64,000 nt of DNA from Chthoniobacterales bacterium (lineage in GTDB: Bacteria > Verrucomicrobiota > Verrucomicrobiia > Chthoniobacterales > JACTMZ01). The translations under genes and the position numbers were made by a program. A model generated the notes under the pieces. The model did not search any database and was not told the origin of the DNA. It saw only the letters and a list, made by a program, of their open reading frames with translations. The stretch spans positions 41 to 64,040 of the forward strand of contig JBIKLF010000014.1 in the NCBI GenBank assembly GCA_044359955.1, written 5' to 3'. The first letter of the stretch is position 1; every line of letters begins with the position of its first letter. Positions 30,814 through 38,227 of this stretch are shown here, in pieces.

Positions 30814-32129
30814 GGTTTTTTCCTCCGATGCAATGGTTTCTCTTCCAGGTAAGCCGCCGCCATGGCGGGATGCGTTCCGCCCGCGGCTTCCAAATCAATG
30901 AGCGCCAGCGCCAGATCTTCGATGATACGCGTCGCCTCGACCTGCAGGGTCGTGCTCTGGGCGCGGACGAGCAACAAGTCGCGGGCCTCGACCCGCCCCT
31001 GCTCGAAACCCTGCACCATCTCGCGGCTCGCGGCGTCGATGACCGGTTGCGTATCGCGACCGTAGCGCCGCCACTGGTCCTCGAGCAGCGAGACCCGACG
31101 GCTCGCGGCGGAAATGTCATTGCCCACCTCGAGTTCCAGCGCGCGCACCCGCGCGGCACGCTCCTCTTCCGTCGCCCGCGCCACGTCGATTTCTCCGGTC
31201 TTGCGGTCCCAAACCGGCAGGGGGAGGCTGACCTTCACGCCGAGAAAATGGCCCGTGTCGATGCCGCCCGGCGCATCGACCCCGCGGTCCTGCATGTATT
31301 CCACGCCCACCCGGATCCCCTCCCACGCCGAGGCCTGCGCCAAGCGCGTCTCCGCCCCGCCGCGGTCCATCCCGAGCAGGGCCAATTCCACATCGGGACG
31401 GTAAGTGGCCCGCGACAAGCCGGCGCGTGCCCGCAAATCATCCACCGCAGACTCGAGCGTTTGCGTCAGCGCGAGCGGAGCGCCAGCCGGCATGCCCGCC
31501 GCAGTTTTCAAATCGAGCAGCAACGTCTCGGCCTCGGTCGCCGCGCTCGTCGCCACGGTGCCCCAGCGCTGCTCGTCCACCCGGGCCAACGCAGACTCCG
31601 CCAGCGTGCCCTGCCCCGCCGTCAGTCGGGTCGCCGCCAACCCGGAGGATGCGGCGGCATCCTCTCTCGCCTCGCCCGCCGCGACGGAACGTCGCCGCGC
31701 CGCCTGCGTCCGCACGTAGAGTTCCTGCACCCGGGCAATGAGCAGGCGCTCGTGATTGCGCACTTCCCGCAGCGCCTCGGCCACCCCGACACGGCTCACC
31801 TCGCGAGCGAGCGGCAACCTCGCGGTCAGCGGCAGCACCTGATGCAAGCCGATGATAAATTCGCCCTCACCGTCACCACTGGTAATGAAATCACTGAATC
31901 CGTTGAACTCGATCTCCGGATTCGGCAACAAGCCCGCCTGCCGCAGGCGCCCCTCCGCTTTTTTCACCGCAAAGCGCGCGGCCGCCAGATCGCGGTTTCC
32001 CATCAAGGCGGCCTGCACGGCACCTTCCATCGACAATTCCGAACCCCATGCGGGGTACAACGGCCCGCAAACAACGACCAGCACCGGGAGAATCCGGCCA
32101 CTCAGCCAATATATGTTTCTTTTTTTCAT
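30810..32129 (-). CDS. TolC-family outer membrane efflux protein (CzcC/CusC-like)
   Basis: 439 aa. It has a signal peptide and two OEP repeats, and overlaps the adaptor gene by 4 nt. Confidence 0.9.
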   Translation of the reverse strand: MKKRNIYWLSGRILPVLVVVCGPLYPAWGSELSMEGAVQAALMGNRDLAAARFAVKKAEGRLRQAGLLPNPEIEFNGFSDFITSGDGEGEFIIGLHQVLPLTARLPLAREVSRVGVAEALREVRNHERLLIARVQELYVRTQAARRRSVAAGEAREDAAASSGLAATRLTAGQGTLAESALARVDEQRWGTVATSAATEAETLLLDLKTAAGMPAGAPLALTQTLESAVDDLRARAGLSRATYRPDVELALLGMDRGGAETRLAQASAWEGIRVGVEYMQDRGVDAPGGIDTGHFLGVKVSLPLPVWDRKTGEIDVARATEEERAARVRALELEVGNDISAASRRVSLLEDQWRRYGRDTQPVIDAASREMVQGFEQGRVEARDLLLVRAQSTTLQVEATRIIEDLALALIDLEAAGGTHPAMAAAYLEEKPLHRRKKP

Positions 32130-32250
32130 GGTCCTGATGACCGGCTAAGGCAAAGCGCCGCGCCGGTCGGCGGCATGGGAATATCCCGTCGGATGTCAGC
32201 TCCGAAGGGCCTATCGGGTCGTCGCACGGGCACACCTCGCCCGTGGATGC

Positions 32251-32571
32251 TCAGGACAATCGAGGGGGTTGATCGATGGACGCGACCAGCGCAACGTGCG
32301 CAGCGAGACTTTCCGCACACAGCGAGGCAACCGACTCCGCCACGGTCAGCACGAAGACCGCTCCGGCCAGCGCGGGGGCATGATCATGCGAAGTGCAGCC
32401 GTGGTCGTGCTTCGGCCCGCCATCCTCATGGTCGGAGTGTCCGTGGGTATGGGCGACACACTCGGAGTGCGCCGCGATCTCCCAATGCTCATAAGCGTGA
32501 ATCCCTTGCGCCACGGCCAGCAACGCCAGGCCGACCAGCCACAGAATACGGAAACAACGCAACCCCGACAT
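32251..32571 (-). CDS. Small His/Cys-rich membrane protein upstream of the efflux operon
   Basis: 106 aa. One N-terminal helix, then HAYEHWEIAAHSECVAHTHGHSDHEDGGPKHDHGCTSHDHAP. I recognise no family. Confidence 0.6.
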   Translation of the reverse strand: MSGLRCFRILWLVGLALLAVAQGIHAYEHWEIAAHSECVAHTHGHSDHEDGGPKHDHGCTSHDHAPALAGAVFVLTVAESVASLCAESLAAHVALVASIDQPPRLS

Positions 32572-32700
32572 GACGCCGAAACTAAGCGGCCACTCTCCCG
32601 AGTCAAGGCCTCACCTTTTTTTTCGCCGTCACCACCCTCCGCTCTCCCGCCAAGGCCTCCCCCAGCCCGAGCACCTCGCGACGCTTAACGCCATCGCCAT

Positions 32701-32861
32701 CACCCAGATGCGCACCCTGCCGCATCGGAAGATTTCACTCTTCCTATTTCACTCTTCACTCCTCTTGCCGCCCGCCAATCTCCCTGACCGGGAAACTCTT
32801 GCGCTTATGACAACCTTCGTTCGTGCCTCCGGCACGGCGTTTGCTGTAAGTTCGCCGCGCC
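32701..32861 (+). repeat. hsdM-type leader repeat, copy A (93-bp conserved core 32769..32861, hairpin 32822..32836)
   Basis: Colinear with 34033..34195 and 35743..35901. It ends exactly at an ATG (32862). Confidence 0.85.
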
Positions 32862-32930
32862 ATGCCGAGACGCCCCACTGTCCAGAAAACACGAGTGACT
32901 CCTACGGCCTTCGCGAGCATCCTCAGCTGA
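32862..32930 (+). pseudogene. Diverged hsdM 5' remnant (22 codons)
   Basis: MPRRPTVQKTRVTPTAF aligns at nucleotide level with the hsdM-like start at 34196 (MPKRSTAKTKAADSTA). A stop follows after 22 codons. Confidence 0.4.
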
Positions 32931-32946
32931 TCGTCCCCAGCAACCC

Positions 32947-34014
32947 ATGAGCCAGAAGAAGTCCACCCCCGGCGGTCGCGCCAAGAAGAAGGCCGAAGTC
33001 TCGCTCGTCCGCTCGTCGGCAGCGGAATACCTCACCTTTGTGGCGGCCAGCGGACAGGGCGGCGTCGAAGCCGTTTACGCCGATGAAAACGTCTGGCTCA
33101 GCCAGAAAATGATGGGGGTGCTTTACGCGGTGGAAACCCACACGGTGAACTACCACCTCAAAAAGGTCTTCGCGGACAATGAGTTGCAGGAGGATTCAGT
33201 TATTCGAAATTTTCGAATAACTGCCGCCGACGGCAAAACCTACGACACCGGGCACTACAACCTCTCTGGCATCATCGCCGTCGGCTACAAGGTGAACTCG
33301 GAGCGCGCCGTGCAGTTCCGTAAGTGGGCCACTGGTATCATCGAGTCCTTCACCATCAAGGGCTATGCGATGGATGACGAGCGCCTGAAAAATGACGGCT
33401 CCATCCTTGGCAAAAAATACTTCGAGGAACAGCTCCAGCGCATCCGGGAAATCCGCCTGAGCGAGCGGAAGTTCTACCAGAAAATTACCGACATTTACTC
33501 GACCGCCATCGACTACGATGTGACTGCCGCCGCCACAAAACGGTTCTTCGCCACCGTGCAGAACAAGCTGCATTGGGCCATCCACGGCCAGACGGCGGCA
33601 GAGGTCATTCTTTCCCGCGCCGATGCCACCAAAGAACGCATGGGTCTCACCACCTGGAAGGACGCGCCCACGGGGAAAATCCAGAAGTTCGATGTTGTCG
33701 TCGCGAAAAACTACCTGACGGAAAACGAAATGGCGCAACTGCAACGCCTCGTCTCCGCCTACCTCGATGTGGCTGAAGACATGGCGCTGCGGCAGATTCC
33801 CATGACCATGCAGGACTGGGAAACCCGCCTCAATCGCTTCATCGCCGCGACCGACCGGGAAATTTTGCAAGATGCTGGCAAGGTCACGGCCGAGATCGCC
33901 CAGGCCCACGCCGAGAGCGAGTTTGAGAAATACCGTATCGTGCAGGACCGCCTCTTCGAGTCCGACTTCGACCGGATGATCAAGCAATTACCGAATGCAG
34001 GAAATCAGCCATGA
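32947..34014 (+). CDS. RhuM-family protein (Virulence_RhuM; frequent passenger of type I R-M loci)
   Basis: 355 aa. YADENVWLSQKMMGVLY, NLSGIIAVGYKVNSERAVQFRKWAT, GYAMDDERLKN, KFYQKITDIY, YLTENEM..L.RLVSAYLDVAE. Confidence 0.9.
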   Translation: MSQKKSTPGGRAKKKAEVSLVRSSAAEYLTFVAASGQGGVEAVYADENVWLSQKMMGVLYAVETHTVNYHLKKVFADNELQEDSVIRNFRITAADGKTYDTGHYNLSGIIAVGYKVNSERAVQFRKWATGIIESFTIKGYAMDDERLKNDGSILGKKYFEEQLQRIREIRLSERKFYQKITDIYSTAIDYDVTAAATKRFFATVQNKLHWAIHGQTAAEVILSRADATKERMGLTTWKDAPTGKIQKFDVVVAKNYLTENEMAQLQRLVSAYLDVAEDMALRQIPMTMQDWETRLNRFIAATDREILQDAGKVTAEIAQAHAESEFEKYRIVQDRLFESDFDRMIKQLPNAGNQP

Positions 34015-34032
34015 AACCTGAAACTCCAGCTC

Positions 34033-34195
34033 TTGAATACCCTTCTCCCCCCATCAAAAATTCATCATCCAACATTCAAAATTAAGCATTCCCCACGCTT
34101 TTCGGACGCCAAACTCCCTGCCCCGGAAACAGTTGCGCCTATGACAACCTTCGTTCGTGCCTCGGGCACGCCTTTTGCTGTATTTTCCCCGCGCG
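34033..34195 (+). repeat. hsdM-type leader repeat, copy B (core 34103..34195, hairpin 34156..34170)
   Basis: See copy A. It ends at ATG 34196, which opens an HsdM-like N-terminus. Confidence 0.85.
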
Positions 34196-34318
34196 ATGCC
34201 CAAACGCTCCACCGCCAAGACCAAAGCCGCCGACTCCACCGCCAATCTCGGCTTTGAGGCGAACAAGGTCTCCCTCGAACTCGTCACCTGGCTCGTCATC
34301 CAGAAGGACAATTTATGA
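34196..34318 (+). pseudogene. hsdM: hsdM 5' remnant (type I R-M methyltransferase N-terminus, 40 codons)
   Basis: MPKRSTAKTKAADSTANLGFEA reproduces the usual HsdM start (..LGFEA..LW.AAD), then diverges and stops. The stop overlaps the next ATG (ATGA). Confidence 0.6.
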
Positions 34319-34575
34319 GCAACGCAAAACGTAGCACCATCGAGGTCCAGGGAACCTCCATCGCTATTCTTTCTCATGAGCGCCAGGACTTCCTTTCGAA
34401 GATGAGCATCGCCTACAAGGAGGCCCGCGAAACCCACCACTGGCTCCGGTTGCTTCGTGATTCCGACATTCTGGACAACCGGCAAGCCGGTTCAGTGATC
34501 GAAGACTGCGCAGAACTTCTGAAGCTCTCCGGTTCCATCATCCGAACGACCAAATCGAACATTCCTAATTCGTAA
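34315..34575 (+). pseudogene. In-frame fusion of a KilA-N gene 5' fragment (26 codons) with the C-terminal half of a four-helix-bundle (23S rRNA IVS-type) gene
   Basis: MSNAKRSTIEVQGTSIAILSHERQDF is the N-terminus of R-M-associated KilA-N proteins. LSKMSIAYKEARETHHWLRLLRDS... is the second half of the four-helix-bundle family. Confidence 0.6.
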
Positions 34576-34581
34576 TTCAAA

Positions 34582-35718
34582 ATGAAGCCGACGCCAACAG
34601 CGCCTGACTACACCAACTTCCTCACCGAGGTGAAGGGCCGGATCCAGACCGCGCGCCTGCAGGCCAGCCGGGCTGTGAACCGGGAGTTGGTGATGCTGTA
34701 TTGGGACATCGGACGCGGGATTGTGGAACGCCAACAGCGCCTTGGCTGGGGTGATGCGGTGGTGGAGCGTTTCGCCGCTGACCTGCGAGTGGAGTTTCCG
34801 GACATGCAGGGCTTCTCTCCGGCAAATGTGTGGCGAATGCGGCAATGCTTCGAGGCGTATTCCGGTCCTGAATTTCTCGCACAGGCTGTGCGAGAATTGG
34901 GTCCGGTTCCCGTTGGGATGGCGCGGGATCAGTTTCTCGCACAAGCTGTGCGAGAATTGGTGGCTGCGGTTCCGTGGGGACATCACGTTTTCCTGCTGGG
35001 CAAAATCAAGGAACCACAGGGCATGTTCTACTACCTCCGCGCCACGGCGCAATTCGGCTGGAGCCGGCGCGTGTTGTTGAACCAGATCAAAGATCAGGCG
35101 TATGAGCGGGCGGTGAAGGAGAAGAAGACGCACAATTTCGAACTGGCGCTGCCGGAGCATTTCGCCGGGCAGGCGGACGAGATGCTCAAGAGCCGCTACA
35201 ACCTCGAGTTTCTCGGAATCGCCCGACCGATGAAGGAGCTGGAACTGGAGGAGCGGCTGATTTCCCGGCTCCAACAGTTCATCATGGAGCTGGGATACGG
35301 CTTCTGTTTCGTGGGCCGGCAATACCGGCTGGCACTGGGGAAGAAGGAATACTTCGTGGACCTGTTGTTTTACCATCGTTTCCTCAAGGCGCTGGTGGCG
35401 TTTGATCTCAAGATCGGCGAGTTTGAGCCGGAGCACGCGGGCAAGATGGATTTCTATTTGAACCTGCTGAACGAGAAGGAACGCGGACCGGATGACCGGC
35501 CATCGATCGGCGTCATCCTGTGCGCGGAGAAGGATGACGTGGAGGTTGAATACGCTCTGAAGACCAAGGCGAACCCGATCGGCGTGGCGGAGTATGTCCT
35601 TTCAGAGAAGTTGCCATCCGAATTCAAGGGCAAGCTGCCAACCGCCAGGCAACTCGCAGATGTGGCGAGAGAATTCCTGCCTGCGCCGAGAAAGACTGCC
35701 AAGAAGAAGAAATCATGA
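34582..35718 (+). CDS. DUF1016 / YhcG-family PD-(D/E)XK nuclease-like protein
   Basis: 378 aa. LVMLYWDIGRGI, VPWGHHVFLL, YNLEFLG, GYGFCFVGRQYRL....YFVDLLFYHRFLKALVAFDLKIGEF.PEHAGKMDFYLN. It contains a 20-codon internal tandem duplication. Confidence 0.9.
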   Translation: MKPTPTAPDYTNFLTEVKGRIQTARLQASRAVNRELVMLYWDIGRGIVERQQRLGWGDAVVERFAADLRVEFPDMQGFSPANVWRMRQCFEAYSGPEFLAQAVRELGPVPVGMARDQFLAQAVRELVAAVPWGHHVFLLGKIKEPQGMFYYLRATAQFGWSRRVLLNQIKDQAYERAVKEKKTHNFELALPEHFAGQADEMLKSRYNLEFLGIARPMKELELEERLISRLQQFIMELGYGFCFVGRQYRLALGKKEYFVDLLFYHRFLKALVAFDLKIGEFEPEHAGKMDFYLNLLNEKERGPDDRPSIGVILCAEKDDVEVEYALKTKANPIGVAEYVLSEKLPSEFKGKLPTARQLADVAREFLPAPRKTAKKKKS

Positions 35719-35742
35719 GTAAGCCCGGAGAGCACAGAACTT

Positions 35743-35901
35743 CACCCGAATGCGCACCCTGCTCGCCGCCAACCAAGGAAAACGCCTGAAATAGCGCCCC
35801 CCACCTTTCGCCCGCCAAACTCCCTGCCCCGGAAACACTTGCGCCTATGACAACCTTCGTTCGTGCCAGCGGCACGCCTCTTGCTGTAATTTCCCCGCGC
35901 G
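35743..35901 (+). repeat. hsdM-type leader repeat, copy C (core 35809..35901, hairpin 35862..35876)
   Basis: See copy A. It ends at the ATG of the GIY-YIG gene (35902). Confidence 0.85.
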
Positions 35902-36753
35902 ATGAACAAACCGTATTCGATCAAGATTTTTCTCCCCGCGGGAGATCCTGAAGGAATCCGCACCATCGAGAAATCAAACTGGACCGGCGCGGGAATTGTC
36001 ATCCCCCGTGCTTTGATGAGCGAAGCCAAGAACCGTCGCGAACTCGCGCGCACTGGCGTGTATGTGCTGATTGGACCGCCCGAGGAATCCGGTTTATCGC
36101 GGGTCTATGTCGGCGAAGGCGACCCGATCAAACCCCGGCTGGAACAGCACGCCGCGAAGAAAGATTTTTGGACCAGCTGCATCGCCTTCACGAGCAAAGA
36201 CGAGAACCTGAACAAGGCTCACGTGCAGTATATCGAATCACGCTTGATCACCTTGGCCGCGCAAGCCAAGCGGTGTGTTTTAGACAATGGAAATGCGCCC
36301 GCTTTGCCGTCGCTCTCGGATGCCGATGGAGCGGACGCGGAAGGGTTCCTTTCGGAAATCATGCTCTGCTTTCCGGTGCTGGGTCTCACCGTGTTCACCG
36401 CCGCCGCTCCGATTCAGAAGAGTGCCAAGCTCCTGTTCATCTCGGCCAAAGGCATCAAAGCTGAAGGCATGGAGACGCATGATGGCTTCGTCGTCCGCAC
36501 GGGCAGCGGCGCGGTCAAAAGTGAAGTCCCGTCGTGTCACGCCTACTTGAAGGAGCTTCGCGCCGCCTTGATTTCCAACGGGGTTCTGAAGCCGACGTCA
36601 GACGGCTATGCTTTCGCCCAAGACTACGTTTTCCCATCACCATCCACTGCCGCGGGAGTCGTGCAGGGACGCGCCGCCAATGGCCGCGTGGACTGGAAGA
36701 CGAAAGACGGCAAAACGCTCAAAGACCTGCAGGAGGCCAAAGCAAAAGAATGA
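35902..36753 (+). CDS. GIY-YIG nuclease-family protein with C-terminal DUF4357 domain
   Basis: 283 aa. [32 protein letters not shown]...[27 protein letters not shown], and a C-terminal [21 protein letters not shown] block. Confidence 0.88.
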   Translation: MNKPYSIKIFLPAGDPEGIRTIEKSNWTGAGIVIPRALMSEAKNRRELARTGVYVLIGPPEESGLSRVYVGEGDPIKPRLEQHAAKKDFWTSCIAFTSKDENLNKAHVQYIESRLITLAAQAKRCVLDNGNAPALPSLSDADGADAEGFLSEIMLCFPVLGLTVFTAAAPIQKSAKLLFISAKGIKAEGMETHDGFVVRTGSGAVKSEVPSCHAYLKELRAALISNGVLKPTSDGYAFAQDYVFPSPSTAAGVVQGRAANGRVDWKTKDGKTLKDLQEAKAKE

Positions 36754-37190
36754 GCGACCACCACATTTCCCTCACCGACATGCGCAAAGCCAAGGACAGC
36801 CACTTTTCTAATTACGACTGGCTGTGCAAGCGCAACACCGTCGAATTCCTCGGCTTATGGGAGACTGTCTACAACCCAGATTTTAATTCCGGCGAATTCG
36901 CCATAATTGGAAGTCAGGAGGGGCTGAACAACTACAAACTCAGCGTCAAGCAATGGGTTAAAAAGACCAACGACATCCGCCGCGCCCTCGTTGAGGCCGA
37001 CCTCGTGGACACTGCTTTGCGCGATAGCGCATTTCATCAAAGTAAATCCACTCCGCAGGTCCTGAGCGAAGCGAAGAGCAACATGGTCGCCCTCCCGGGT
37101 CAGCTCTTCTACAGCACGCAGATCCCCGTCTGCCTCTGGTTTATTGGGAAAAATGGAAACGCTGGCGGTTCAACTTTCGGCCTCAACTAA
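36750..37190 (+). pseudogene. Chimeric remnant ORF: KilA-N middle part + HsdM C-terminal scraps
   Basis: Residues 6-76 ([10 protein letters not shown]...[18 protein letters not shown]...[10 protein letters not shown]) continue the KilA-N fragment at 34315. Residues 77-87 ([11 protein letters not shown]) and 112-131 ([20 protein letters not shown]) are HsdM motifs. ATGA overlap with the GIY-YIG gene. The stop lies 2 nt before the SIR2 gene. Confidence 0.65.
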
Positions 37191-37192
37191 TT

Positions 37193-38221
37193 ATGCCGTC
37201 CTCAACCGACTCATTCAGTTCCCGCCTCGAAGCGAAAGTTGCCCAACAACTCAATTCGCAACGCGTCGGCTATTTGTTGGGAGCGGGGGCATCGTATCTC
37301 GGTGGGTGCGGATACCCGCTTGCGGGGAAACTCTGGGACTGCATTGCGCCGAAACTGCCGAAGACCGAGCGCGACGAGATTCAAGCAAAGCTCGACGGTG
37401 GCGCTGATGGCATCGAAAACGCGCTTGATTTGCTCGACGATGGTTCGGCCATTGAAAAGCCGCATCGGCATCGCGTCACAGAGGCAATCGCCACCCATTT
37501 CCATTCGATTTCGCCGCCGATTGACGTTCACCAAACTTTTGTTCGCAGGCTCGCCGCAAGGGACGAGCTGAGCACGCCGGTTTTCTGCCTGAACTACGAT
37601 GGCCTGATTGAATTGGCCGCAGATGCAGAGCGGATACGCGTAGTGGATGGTTTCATCGGTCAGGAACGGCTGTTCTTCGACCCTGTGACTTATCAGGAGC
37701 GCACAGCCCTCTCCCACCGCGGACCACGAAAGCCCCAGGCTGATTGGCGGAAAGGAATCCTCCACCTCTACAAGCTGCACGGGTCACTTGGTTGGTTCCA
37801 TTTAGGTGGCACTGATGTGCGCCGTTTCGGCTTGGGTGCGAAAACTCCACCGAACGCGAAGCGCCTTATGGTGCCGCCTCAGCACCGCAAGACCATTGAC
37901 ACCACAGCGCATCCCTATTCGGCCCTCTGGTCAGACTTTCGTGGCCTCCTCTGCCAAGGACCAACCATGCTAAATCGCCTCGCCTGTGTCGGCTACGGGC
38001 TACGCGACGAACACCTGAATGCGGTGATTGAGAACGCGCTTGGAAGAAATGACTTCACCATGCTCGCCTTTGCCCACGCCCTCACCGACCAAGCGTTCAC
38101 TCGATGGAGCGCCAAGCGCAATGTTATCATCGTCACCGAAGATCGGTGCTCCCTCTACGGCGAAGTCGGCCCAGGGCATACCGCACTGTGGAATTTCGCG
38201 ACACTCACTCAAACCATCTGA
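37193..38221 (+). CDS. SIR2-like (SIR2_2) NADase-type defence protein
   Basis: 342 aa. GYLLGAGASY, FCLNYDGLIE, LYKLHGSLGWF. Directly upstream of a HerA-type ATPase. Confidence 0.88.
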   Translation: MPSSTDSFSSRLEAKVAQQLNSQRVGYLLGAGASYLGGCGYPLAGKLWDCIAPKLPKTERDEIQAKLDGGADGIENALDLLDDGSAIEKPHRHRVTEAIATHFHSISPPIDVHQTFVRRLAARDELSTPVFCLNYDGLIELAADAERIRVVDGFIGQERLFFDPVTYQERTALSHRGPRKPQADWRKGILHLYKLHGSLGWFHLGGTDVRRFGLGAKTPPNAKRLMVPPQHRKTIDTTAHPYSALWSDFRGLLCQGPTMLNRLACVGYGLRDEHLNAVIENALGRNDFTMLAFAHALTDQAFTRWSAKRNVIIVTEDRCSLYGEVGPGHTALWNFATLTQTI

Positions 38222-38227
38222 ACATCC

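Noticed and set aside
32807-32950. uORF MTTFVRASGT... in the leader repeats as a bona fide peptide gene
   Set aside because: It is kept as a possibility in the leader finding but is not listed as a CDS. Beyond the first 10 codons the three copies diverge and end differently. The substitutions are not biased to third positions, and no clear ribosome-binding site precedes the ATG.
36534-36749. Upstream extension of the chimeric ORF 36534..37190
   Set aside because: It overlaps the 3' end of the GIY-YIG gene in another frame, and the ATG at 36750 forms an ATGA junction.
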